From Moniliella sp. 'wahieum' (Eukaryota), in NCBI GenBank assembly GCA_003971905.1, contig RSEE01000019.1:682001-746000 (forward strand): a DNA stretch of 64,000 bases. The letters are read 5' to 3'. Each line of letters begins with the position of its first letter. The first letter of the stretch is position 1. This document shows positions 39,262 through 50,786 of this stretch, piece after piece. The notes beneath the pieces are model-generated. The model saw only the letters and a list, made by a program, of their open reading frames with translations, was not told where the DNA came from and did no database searches. A program made the translations under genes and the position numbers.

Positions 39262-39504
39262 CTAATTGTTGTGGTACCCATGTCAATCGATGTTCTGTCA
39301 TGAAATGCCGAGGTTGAACAGGGCAATGTGTAGCAGACATGAGAACTATCAGGCCCACAAGGGGCAGGAGTGAAATGGGGTGCGAGCCAGGTGGTGAGAC
39401 AGATGCGACAACTTCGCCACTCAGGGTTTCTCCTTTTCCTTCCCCCACCATCTCTCTTCCGCCACAGACGTGACCGGATCGCAGGACCGATTTAATTTGC
39501 CGCC

Positions 39505-41992
39505 ATGGCCAGCTCGACCGAGGGCACATCCTGCGGCCAGTGGCCCCCCGCCCACCTGGGACAGTCATGGCCACCACGCCGTGCCGCTTCCCGCCGAGCT
39601 CCCAGCTCAGCGTCCCGTTGGCGCGACTGAGATCCTCCTCGCTCCGCCCCAGCTGCCCTCGGATCCTGCCTATCCATCTCTCGTCTCCCCTGCCCCCGAA
39701 CCGACCAAGCGCGCGCACAGCAAAAGTACCGACAAGATAAACGTCCCGAGACTGCCCCGGCAGACGCCTCGTCCATGGTCTCCCTCCGTCCACCCGGTTG
39801 GATCCCCGTTGCCATCCGTGCGGCGCTGAAGGACCTAGGCCAGACTTGGAACGACGACGAACTCGCGCCTTCCGTTTCCACTGCGCCATGGCCGGGCGCA
39901 CATGCCAGCCCCGCCGTCCCTGCTGTCCCCGCCATCCCTGCTGTCCCTGCCGTCCCTGCTGTCCCTGCCGCCCCTGCCGTCCCCGCCGCTCCTGCCTTTC
40001 CCGCCGCCGGATCCAGCGGCGAAAGTGACGGGGTGCCAAGTGAGTTATGGGAGGACCTGCGCACGATCTTAGCCCGACCGCCTCGGGGACGAGGGGGCAA
40101 GGTACCACCCCGCTTGGCCCGTCGCCGTCGCTCTTCCCCCCCCCCCCCCCCCCGTACGCGGTCCATTCCTACGCTTGCCTCTTTCTTGGGCACGAGCTCG
40201 GCCCAGGCCCCGCCACCCGGTCTCGGGTCGCGACCGAAGCAGCTCGAGCCACTCCGAAACCCTCCCCCCGTCCCAGGGCCTTGAGACGCAAAAGGAAGAA
40301 GAAGGCATACCCAGTGGCCTGTGCGATGCCTGTCGTACTCCTGGTTCGCTCTTGTGCTGCGACGAGTGCGAGCGAGCTTTCCATTTACGTGCATGGACCC
40401 GCCTTGGGACCTGGACCGTCTGCCACCCGGCCTGGTGCACGATGCACCTTGGTCTTGCAATGTGTGTCGGGCGCAGAAGCTGGAAGCGTCTCGGCTTGCG
40501 ACTCGGGGCCAGCCGATACAACAAAAGTCCTCGCACGCCCCAAGCACGACGACGAAAACGAACTCGCCGCCCGACTCGCTTGCTCCCCGCTGTTGCACGA
40601 CCTGGCACGCCAAAACCCACGCGAGTTTGGCTTGCCTCCCGAGCTACAGGGCTACTTCAAGGGCGTCGCTGCCGACGCGGGCGGGGTGTATGTGGATACA
40701 GACATGCTCCTGCCCTGGCGACCCGTGACGATCAAGACGACCAAGCTCCGTCTCCCGCCGTGCGGGACCCGTATCGGCTGCGCGACAAGGCTGGCCTCGT
40801 GCTCTGCTTTCGGTGCGGCCAGAGCAGTTTGCCCCCGCTCCAACAGCCAGCCGGTCCAGCGGGCACGACCGCGACCGCGACCACGTTGGCTCTCGACCCG
40901 GGCAGTGGCAACCCGCCGGTCGGGCATTGCTCAGCTGCGACTTTTGCCCGCTGCATTGGCACCTCGATTGTCTGCCTTGCCCTCTGGAGCCTGCTCCGTC
41001 GTCGCTGCACAAGTGGCGCTGTCCCGCGCATACTGCCCACGTTGCTCCTCCTGCTCGGCAGGCCCAGCATGCAGCGGGAACCAGTCGGGTGCTTGACTTG
41101 CCCGCTGCGCCCGCGAGCGGGGACAGAGGGACGTTGGTGGGGGGAAAGAATTGGGCCCTCAAGGGGAGGATGAGGATAAGGTCCGGTACAGTCTGTCGGA
41201 GCGAGCGGGCAGCAAGCGTTTTGGTCCCAGGCCAACAAGGGCGTGGCAAGCTTGCAAGCGTATGCCGCACGCCACGCCCTCGCTGCCTCTCGCCATGCGC
41301 ACCTCACCCTCACCCGTTCCGGCCAGCAGTACCGCCTCACCCTCCCGTCCCCTAGCTGCCTGCCCCCGAACCATCCGCCCCCCGTAGCCTGCCTCGCCGA
41401 GGAATGGAAACGGATCACGACAGTACGTTCACTTCCCCCCAAAAAGGGACAGGAGAAGGAGAGGTTATGGGGCACATGCCCCCCCCCCCGCCGCCCTACC
41501 CCCTGTCCCCGGTCCCCCTTCGCCCTACAAGACTTGACTGACTTTCTCTCTGCAGGCGGTGGCCTACCCCGCGCCGCTCGACACCTGCCTCACCTTCCTC
41601 GCTCCGCCCGACGACGCGCCTACCACCGACGAGCACACTGTCATCGTCCTGCACGCAGGCAGGCCACCGCGCCCACGGCGCACGCGACGGGAGAACCGGC
41701 GCGGCAGCGCTGCCTCCCGTCCGGCACAGCAAGACGACTGGTGAAGCGCACCGACGGGACGCGGTTCTGCAGCGCCAACGCAAGCGCAAGCGCAGGCGCT
41801 CCCTTGGATCGGCCGCTGGACCCAGCTCCTCTGGCCAGCCGGCAGGATCGACGGGCGCGGTACAGGTACAGGGCGGATGCCGAGGCGGCGCTGTGGCACT
41901 CGACCCTCCTGGTCGCGCAGGACACGGCGGCCCAACTGGCCGCGGTGCAGAAGGTGGTGGCGTACGTGGAGGACAGGCAGCGAAGCGGTTAG
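39505..41992 (+). CDS. RCO1: Double PHD-finger protein, Rco1/Cph1-like (Rpd3S complex); frameshifted
   Basis: PHD1 CDACRTPGSLLCCDECERAFH..CMDPP...WSCNVC; linker NPREFGLPPELQGYFKGV; PHD2 LCFRCG...LLSCDFCPLHWHLDCL..PL...KWRCPAH. The start is uncertain. Confidence 0.8.
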
Positions 41993-42437
41993 GGCGGCGC
42001 AGAGAGCAAGGGTGGGCCGTGCAGGACGACATGGACAGGCCAGAGCAGGCCAGCACAGAATCCAAGCGTGGTAAAAGCAGTCCGAGGCAGGCGTGACAGG
42101 GCGACATCACATGTGACATGCCTGTGACACAGCGCAGCATGGGATGGATGATGCAATGGATGATACCAAGTGTGTGATGTGTGGATGCGCTGATGCGCTG
42201 ACCAAAAAAGATGAAATGTGACATGTGACTGCCGGACTTGGGCATAGGGGCGCTGTGCGCGGCGCTGGGCAGCTGGGGCGCGCGTGACTGCCCCCGGCGG
42301 CGGCAGGCGATGAGGTCATGGGTCACGCATGGGCTGCGGCGCTCACCGGTGGCGGCCCGCCCAACGGCCGCTGCCGCCGCCGCGTCGGCGGTGCTCCCCG
42401 CCGCCTCCCCGCCCTGCTGCTCCCCGCCGCCCCCACC

Positions 42438-43081
42438 ATGTCTGCCCCCGCTGCCCCGGCGCGCCCTCGCCGCCCTCGCGCGCCGCCCTGCCCCCCCTGG
42501 GCCAACGCCGCCAAGCAGGCCAAGTTCATCCTCGGCGGCGGCCTCCCCGCCTGGTACCTCAACGTGCCCTCCCGCCTACCACGCCGTCGCCGCCGAGCAG
42601 CCCATGTTCTGGACCCGCCCGCTCGCCGTCCTGGCGCTCGTCTGCATGCTCGCCACCGTCCTTCTCTTTGCCTACGTCCTCCTCCCCGCCCGTGGCCACC
42701 AGCCCAACGTACGTCCTCTGCCTCTCTGGCCCGCGCCGTAGCTGACCTTCTCCAACAGTATGCACGCTGGCACGAAGACGCCAGCCTACGCCGCCTCATT
42801 GCCCAACTCACCCTGACCATCGTGGTGGGGCACGTGTCTCTCCTGCTCCTTCTCTCGCCCTTGGGCGCCAGCGGGCCGCCTCCGTACGGCTGGCGCGTTG
42901 GCGCCCTGCTGACGTGGGCCAAAGAGGTCATGGTCAACCGCCACTAACCGAGGTGCACTTTTGGGCGTGGGCCGGCGCGCTGACGGGCGCCACGTGCTCC
43001 TTCCTCTTCCTCTTCGGCGTTGTCGGCCTATTGGGTTCCCTGCGGCCTCTGAGCAGGCAGCCAAGCAACAAGGCGGACTAA
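42438..43081 (+). CDS. Small multi-pass membrane protein of unknown function (introns 42709-42758 and probably ~42884-42950)
   Basis: Spliced reading gives hydrophobic segments LAVLALVCMLATVLLFAYVLLP, LTLTIVVGHVSLLLLLSPLG and WAGALTGATCSFLFLFGVVGLLG, with canonical GT/CTRAC/AG signals. Confidence 0.6.
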
Positions 43082-44455
43082 TCCCCCCCCCCCTGCCCCC
43101 CCAATATCCGTCCACACTTCGCCACCAGTCTATGAGGATACCAGCGTTATGCCCTCGCCCCCCCCCTCCCCCTCTCGCTCTCTCCCCGCCCCGACTCCCT
43201 TTATTTTTTTTTCTTTGTGGTTTCCGCACTGTCCTGCCCTGCCCTGCCCGAACTCGATGATGATGATGACCCGCCCGATGGATCGGACTTGCGTCCTTCC
43301 CCTCGCGTTCGTTTGCCCTTTCCGCCTCTGCCTGTTGGTGGACCAAAACCCGGCGCGCCGACCCCCTCGTGACGCCTTGTGACACGCGCTTCGCTTCCAC
43401 CTCCCCCTGCACCTGCACGTATCCCTGTACATGCATCCTGCGTTAATCTGGTGACGACACTGCGCTTTCCTGCCCCGTCTTACTTGTCTTCCTTGCCCCC
43501 CCCTCTCGCCTGCCCTGGGCGGATCCTCTGTCCCCCGAGCCCAAGACAACAGTAAAAGTAAAGACCGAGGGCAACGGAACTTGGAAGGGAGGGGTTTGGC
43601 ACGTATTCCTCCACACCCGACGCGAGTGCCGCGCCTGACCAGACAGAGTAAGGCAGGCGAGGCGCGGGAGATGAGGGACAGGGAGGTGTGGTGGTAGCAC
43701 AAATGTACTTGGCTCGCTAGGCGGCAAAGTTTCGGGCAGAGAAGCGGAGGAGCCGGCTACGGTGCTATGCACGCAGCCGCACCGACGGGCTCAGGCCTAC
43801 GGTCTAACGACAAAAGAGAAGAACACGTACAGGCCAGCTTTGTTCACTGTTCTGGGTACGCCACCGCGTTCATCGACACCTCTCCGCTGCCGAACATTGG
43901 TTCTGGCTCAGGAGGCCCACGTATCTTGTAGCCCACATGGATTCGCCCCCCAACGCCGTCTGGGTCCAGCAACTGGTGGGCGTAGCGGTGAAGATCCACG
44001 GGAGCATGGTGTGCCCTTCGCTCCGATTCAATGTGCGTCCCCATCACATCCTGTCCCTTGTCGCGTCAGGTGCAAGCCTGCCTGTCTATAGCCACGGTGG
44101 TCCTGAGGCTGAAGAACGCCTGTCAATCCTCGATTCCTCACCACAATAAGCATTAGGTTATTTGGTCCGAGCTGCATCTGTGAGATGTGCTAAGGGCACA
44201 CCCTTAGTCCCGGGCGGACAAGCATAGTCCCCAAGTTGTTGGCCGAGGCGATGGGGAAGCGCAACGGAACCCATGGAAGCACAACGGAACATATGCCAGG
44301 ATATCGTCCGCCCTGTGCTCCCCGCCCTGCGCGTTCACGCCATGGGAGTGCGTGTGCCGCCTCGGTACACACACAGCACCATCGCAAGCCGCGACTTTTG
44401 TCCAGTGCAGAGAGGACCCGAACCGTCGCGCGCTGCGCGCGGCCGCCGAGGACAG

Positions 44456-47400
44456 CTACGAAATGTGGATCCCACCATCGTGCGAGGCAAGCGCAGCAAG
44501 CCGTTGCCCGCGCAGCGACCGGTCTGGGTGGTCCAACCCGAGACCATGCTGTCCCGGTTGAATCAGGGCAAAGGGTTGGTCGGTCTCGTGGAGGTACTCG
44601 GGCGCACGAACGACGCCGAGGGTAAGACGCGCAAACCGGAGACGAGCAACCTCGTTGTTGGACAGGGCCAGACGCGCTTGCATCCGTTTCCTCAGCTCGC
44701 CCAACGTCTCGCCCGGATAGAGCACCATCCGAAACGGAACCCCATTCGCCCGACGCACGTCCCGGTGAAATGCGATACCTCCACCACCCTTGGGCGGGGC
44801 GCAGTCTCGCCCCCCCCTCCCCGACCCCTGACGCTGTGCTTCCACCCAGGATCTGGGCGTACACCACCTCCAACTCGTCGCCCGGTACTTCCTCTGCCAA
44901 CAGTTCCGCCCCCTCGTCCAACAGCGACAGAGGCGAGGTGCTAGCGAGCTGGATTTGGCGTCTTGCGTCGTCAGACACGAGCGAGAGACGGATGCGGGCA
45001 GCACGAGGTAAGCCATTCGCAATCGATTCGGACCGCAGTGGTTCCAGCACCAGTTCCTCTTCCCCTGCCCGATCGTGCGACGGTCGCAGCACGGGACGAG
45101 GGGATGGGGACCTACCAAGCGGGTTTCGGCCAGCTCGCGCTGCACCACCGCCAAGGATACGTTTATGGGCATGCGAATGGGCAGGGCAGCCTGCTCCTTG
45201 TTGTGAATGCCCATCCAAAACACAGTTAGCGATCGCAGCGCTTCAATCTCCACCAGGGGAACGGACAACCGTTCGTAGAATAGCACAGCCTCGGACGCTG
45301 GCGGCAAGCCCAAGCTGCCAGAGGTCGCCACCTCTTGCAAGGCCGCTGGCGCGTCGGATCGAAGCACCTGCAAGGGCTCCCCGTCCGGGCCGTTGGCCAA
45401 TACGAAGCGCAGTTTGCCCGGATCATGGTGCAACAGCGTGCCAATCCGCTGGGCCAGCGCTTCATATGGAAGTGCCGGTGCAATGTCAGGGTCATCTCTG
45501 GACTCTCCCCTCCGTCTGCGACGTCCTCCAGGGCCCATTCGACGGCTTCGTCACGAGGAAGGGGCTTGAACGTGATCGTGAGCTGGTGGGTGAGAAAGCG
45601 ATAAAACGAGGGAGCGTCAGGACAAATGCCTTGCCTCATCAGCTCCATGGCGGTCAACTCGGGCAACGCTTCTTGGAAACAAATAATGTCCCCGTTTTGG
45701 ATCTCGGCTCGAGTCAGGGAGTGGTCTGGCGGCATGGGCTCAATCATCCCAGTGCGAATCTCCTCGTACAGGTCCACGGGCCTTGACGCGGGCCAGTCCA
45801 TCGTCGTGCGCACCCTGTCGGCGAGCGAACGGACACGATCGGTCAGCACATACGCCTGGTCCACCACCCGCATCGTCTGCTTGGCCACATCAAAATGTTT
45901 GAGGAAAATCAAGCGGTACGCCTCGGGCTCGGCCCGTACGCCCCGTGGGACTTTGCTCACACGTTCCAAAAATACGCGCAGCTCCTCGGCCCGCGTCGCG
46001 TACCTCCCTCGTACCTTGTCCACTGTCCACTTCTCGTCGTCTGCCTCCACCACCCGATCCGGACGCACCGTCTCGTTCTCCCGCCGGACCAGCACCCACA
46101 CTCGTACCTCCCGTGCATCCAGCTCCAGGCGCTGCGCCAGGCGCGCCTTGACACTAGCAAACGTCTCTTGCTTGCGTACCTGTACGGCTGGCACATCCAC
46201 CATCGTCTGTACCGTCCCATCCTCGGACAGATGTGCGAGATCGAGACCTTGGTACGTGCGCAGCCAGTCCAATGTCAGGTACCGTACTTGAAGCGACAGC
46301 TGCCGTTCCTCTTGCTCGCGCTGCAGCGCGTGCTGGTACATCCGTTCCTGGGCAAGCCGCCTGGGTAAGTGGGCGGGGGTATCCTCCGGTTCCAACGGAC
46401 GTAGCACATGCGCAACCTGGCTGGTACGGATATAGACCAACATGTAAGCGTTGGTGCAACGAGCCAGGCGGGCGTTGGGAATGGTACCCAACCCATTCTT
46501 CCCACTAGGTTCGCCGCCATAGTTGTCTTCCAGCACCTCCTGCATCGTGGCGGGCGTGACGCGCTCGTCGTCGAACTTGAACCAGCCGCCCGTGGGAGCC
46601 GGCTTGAGCAAAGCAAAGTAGTGTCCGCCCGATAGGTCGCCCGAGTGAACCAGCACCCCATGCAACGTGTACCGCCAGTCTTCTCCATACGTGGGGCTGG
46701 CGCGGTCGAGAAACGCGCGCAAATCCATCTCGAGCGGGAACTCGTGGCGGTCATTGATCTTGATCATCGCGTCCGACTCGACATGGTACTCGAATCGTTT
46801 TAGCTGCAAGTGCAAGACGGGCGGGAAAGACTGGAAAATGACTCCCTTGGTCGCATCTTGTAGTCCATATCCCTCGGCCTGGTACTGATTCACCCCTTCC
46901 AACCGCTCCTCTTGAATGTAGTTGTGAAACGAGGCGAGCAAGGTGGGCATCCCCTTGACGTTGAGTTGTACATCGTAAAACTCTTCTTCGCGGCTCGACT
47001 GGTAGGGAACATGAAGGCAGCGAAGGTAACTTTTCATCTTGCCGACAAACAACTTACCGATCATCCCATCCACTTGCGTCGCTTTCATTTGCGCTTCGAG
47101 CTTGGCTTGGAGCACACGGTTAAACTCTTGAACGTCATGCTGCAAGAACGAATCGAGTGATTTCCAGCCAAAGCGCGTCAGCTCGGTCGTGCTCACCGCT
47201 TCGTCCGACGTTTGCAACTGGTAAAACACACGTTGCAGCGCCAACGCCACACTTTCCTCTGCTACCCTCCTCGTCTCGGTTGGGATGGCGTACACAGCCC
47301 GACGAAAGAGCGGAGTGCAATAGAGCGATTGGAGCAACGAGTTCATATAGCACGTCGCACCTTGGTTCTTGATCCCCACAAAGCCCGTCACGCGCTTAGA

Positions 47401-48423
47401 ATCGTATGGAGCAAACGGGCGCGCCATCCCCGCCCTTTCGTCCGAGACCATCTTTACATACGCCGTCACCCGCACCGCGTCCGCCTGCCTCGCCTCGCGG
47501 TTGGCGCCCAGCATCAATCCTTGCAGGCTGGCATGACTACAGAATTGGGTGAAGCCCCAATCGGCCTCGCTGGGCGCGAACCGGTGCTGGCTCGTGTCGT
47601 GGATCAAGACGGTCGGATCAAGCGGGTTGGACAGGACCAAGGTGAAGTGCACATAGGCGGCGGCGTCTCGCTCCCTCTCTTGTCCCGGCAAGGCAGAAGG
47701 AGAGGGAGGAGGTAGATCCGAGCCGGTCGGGTGCGCCTCCTCCCTTGTTCCAGCAAGAGACGAGCCAAAATCAACACACTCGAGGTAGAGCGAGACAAGC
47801 CTGTGGCGCCGGGCCCAGTGGCCTGCGGGAAGACGACAAGGCGAAAGCGGTAGTCGGCACAACGAATTCGGGGCTGGCCAGGCGCGGTGGGAGCGTGGGC
47901 CAGTCACTCACATCCCAATGAAACCAAGCAAACCCTTTCTCCTCCTCACCCGGCGCGAGCCGGAGGTGGTCGTGAAACGCCTGGCCTGGCACGCCGACGT
48001 TAGTACCCAGCCGCACGCCAATGGGAAGGGGGACGCACTGTCGACTGCGGAGCGCGGGAGTGGGCGGCGCGAGAGCAGCAAACCGGTCGGGCTCGGCTGG
48101 GACATGCATCGCAGTCCCGGCGGTCTGCACAACAGAGGGAGCGGAGGAGACCGCGTGGAGAGCAGCGCGTGTGGACGCCAGCGGGGTTAGCGGGTAGCGG
48201 GTACCAATCACAGGCACAGCGGCGGATCAGCCTGGCAGGGCGGCTGTCTCCCGACGCACGTCTCGGATGGCCCTGGGGCAGCACGTGGGGCGGGAGGAGG
48301 ACGTGATGGTGGACGCGCGCGACGCGGTGGCGCCAATCCGGCAGCAAAAGCGAAGCGTCTGGCGCTGGCGGGATGTTGGCCCCACTCGCCTGCCCCGCCG
48401 CTCTCCGATCGGCCATTTGACAT
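44456..48423 (-). CDS. UBP15: USP7/HAUSP (Ubp15)-like deubiquitinase with MATH domain; start uncertain
   Basis: MATH fragments FHWDVSDW..SPEF, VSLYLE and HRFAPSEADWGFTQF; Cys box GFVGIKNQGATCYMNSLLQSLY; QHDVQEFNRVL; LHLQLKRFEY; His box HGVLVHSGDLSGGHYFA; C-terminal EIQNGDIICFQ and LGLDHPDR. Confidence 0.93.
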
Positions 48424-49537
48424 GCCACTTCGCCAGCCACACTGCGCCCCCGCGGCCCAATTCCGCTCGCCGGGCCCCGCGTTTCACGACTCGAGCCCTG
48501 AGTCAGTAGGTCTAAGTATCTGGAGTACTAAGGCCAAAGGACTGAGTACACTGAGTACGGGCTCTTGAGCTGAGCGTGCGTTGAGCGTCGAGCAACCGAA
48601 CCGCAAGACGGCAGGATCCAACCGGCAGTGCTTTTCCAAGCGGAGGAGAGAGCCACAGGGCAAGATGCCGTCCGAAGGTCACAGTCACACGTCACAGCAG
48701 TCCCCGGTAACTAGCAACTAGTGACTAGTAACTGGTACCATGCAACATGCCAAAACACGACACCTGCTTGCCTTCAGTCCAACCGAACGAGAGCACGTCG
48801 AAGGACACTGGACTCAGCTGGCGAAAGAGGCCCAATCTTCGGTCGGGGTATGGCAGGGTACGGCCGCTTTTCTGGCCCCGAACGATCGTGTTCATTTTTG
48901 CCACCGTGCCACTCACTTAATGCGCGCCCGCTACTCTCGTTCAACTGGCAGCCCATCAGTACGGGCTGAGGTAACTCTGCTATTTCGACGCCTGGGGCCA
49001 ACGAGGTTAATGCCGCTCTCGTCTGTAGCGTCTGGGGAGGGAGGGCACCCAGCCTGCCAGAGCGTGGATGGCAAGGAGTGATGTGAAGATGAAAGATGAA
49101 ATGCCGACGGAGCGCTTGGGGAATGCGACTGCGAGCAGGCGGCCCATCCGGAACACACGGACCCACTTGTGCCTGACGGAGGGCACCAGGGTAGCTGCTG
49201 AGAACACCCGCACCCACGCCTCAAAGTGCTCGGTCAGCGCATGTGCTCTGCCCATGTCGTAAACGTGGACGGCCAACTGAGCAGCCAAACTTGCCCAGGC
49301 GGGCAGTCTCTGGTCTGGGCGGCTCTCCAAGGTCAGCCGACGCGGTGGTTTGGAAACCAGCGGCCATGAACGTTTCACACAATTCACCTGCCGCTGGGGC
49401 CAGCTAGGCCAGCCCAGCTAGCCCATTCACCCCCAGATACACACCGTCTGCCCTGCCTGCGTCCACCACCACCACCACCACCACCACCACCCTCCGCTCG
49501 CTCCCCGCCATCTCCCCTCCACGTAACCATCCACACC

Positions 49538-50579
49538 ATGACCGCGTGCGTCTCCCCGTCCGCCGCCCGCCGCCCCCCACTGACCCTCTCCGGCCCTGCC
49601 CCAGCACGCTCGTCCTGGCCCGCCACGGACAATCAGTGTACAACCAGAGCAATGTGGTACGTGTGCGCGCTCTCCCAGCGGCCTCTGCTGCCTCCTACTC
49701 ACCCCGACCCTCTCCCTCTCCCTCTCCCGCGCTCTGCTGCCCAGTTCACCGGCTTTGACGACCCCCCCCTCTCGGAGTATGGACGCAAGGAAGCCCATGT
49801 GATGATCCGCAAGCTCATGGCCCTCGGCTACACCCACTTTGAGTAAGTGCCGCTCCGCTACGTCTGTGCGCCCCTGCGTCTCCCTCTCCCGCTTCGGGTC
49901 CCGTCCTGTCCTGTCCTGTCCTGTCCTGTCCTTCCTGTCTTGTCACTTCCCGCGCCCCTCACTCGCTAACCTCGCTCCTTCGCCTGTCCCAGCGCGGTCT
50001 TTGTCTCAACCATGCAAAGGTGCCAAGAGACATTAGAGATTCAACTTGCCGAGCTGCACATCAAGGAAAGTGAGATTCCCATCGTGCGCAGCCCACGGCT
50101 CAACGAGCGCGATTACGGTGACATTACCGGCTGCAACAAAGCGGCGACGGCGAGAAAGTATGGAAAAGAGGTGGTACGTAGACTTCTTTCCTTGTTTCCG
50201 AGGAATTCCTGATGCCCCCCCATCAATGGCTGGGCTGGGCGGCGCTGGGCGGCGTAGGCGCTGACCGAGTGACTTGCACGGTGTTCAGGTCGATGCGTGG
50301 CGGCGGTCATGGAGCGAGGCACCACCAAACGGCGAATCGCTGCAGATGACGGCGGAGCGGGTGATGCCATTGTACAAGGAGCAGATCTTGCCTCGTTTGG
50401 AGCGGGGCGAATCGGTGCTGGTCACGTCGCATGGCAATACCCTCCGTTCCCTGTGCAAGGTGCTGGAGAACATGGACCTCGATACCATCCGCCACTTCCA
50501 GATCGGATCGGGCAGCGTGGTGGTGTACGACTTTGAGGATGGTCGGGTGGTCAACAGGCGTGTGCTTGATCACTACTAA
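49538..50579 (+). CDS. GPM1: Cofactor-dependent phosphoglycerate mutase (dPGM), 5 exons: 49538-49545, 49605-49656, 49745-49842, 49993-50173, 50289-50579
   Basis: Spliced product MTATLVLARHGQSVYNQSNVFTGFDDPPLS...LNERDYG...WRRSWSEAPPNGESL...SHGNTLRSL; all four introns are GT-AG. Confidence 0.92.
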
Positions 50580-50786
50580 CCACCTGACCCCCTTTTCCAC
50601 TCCCCTTCCCCCCCCCCCCCTCAGCACCTTCCACTTTCCACCTTTCACCTTCCACCTTCCCCGCGGCCCGGGGTAGACACCACGATAAATACCAAACATA
50701 CAACAGCTGGCCCATGGGGCGCTTCATCCCGGCGCATTGCCTGCTTGACCACAACGCGAGCCGGACTGGTAGGACACACGCGTGAT

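Noticed and set aside
43100..44450. Short ORFs between the membrane-protein gene and the USP7-like 3' end
   Set aside because: No motifs and no consistent frame that I could support.
12787..48423. Two USP genes plus several chromatin genes as a functional cluster
   Set aside because: The USPs belong to different subfamilies and are separated by unrelated housekeeping genes; this is compatible with ordinary gene order.
48721..49387. Short ORFs between the USP7-like and PGM genes
   Set aside because: No recognisable domain or consistent exon structure; treated as a divergent promoter region, although a small gene cannot be excluded.
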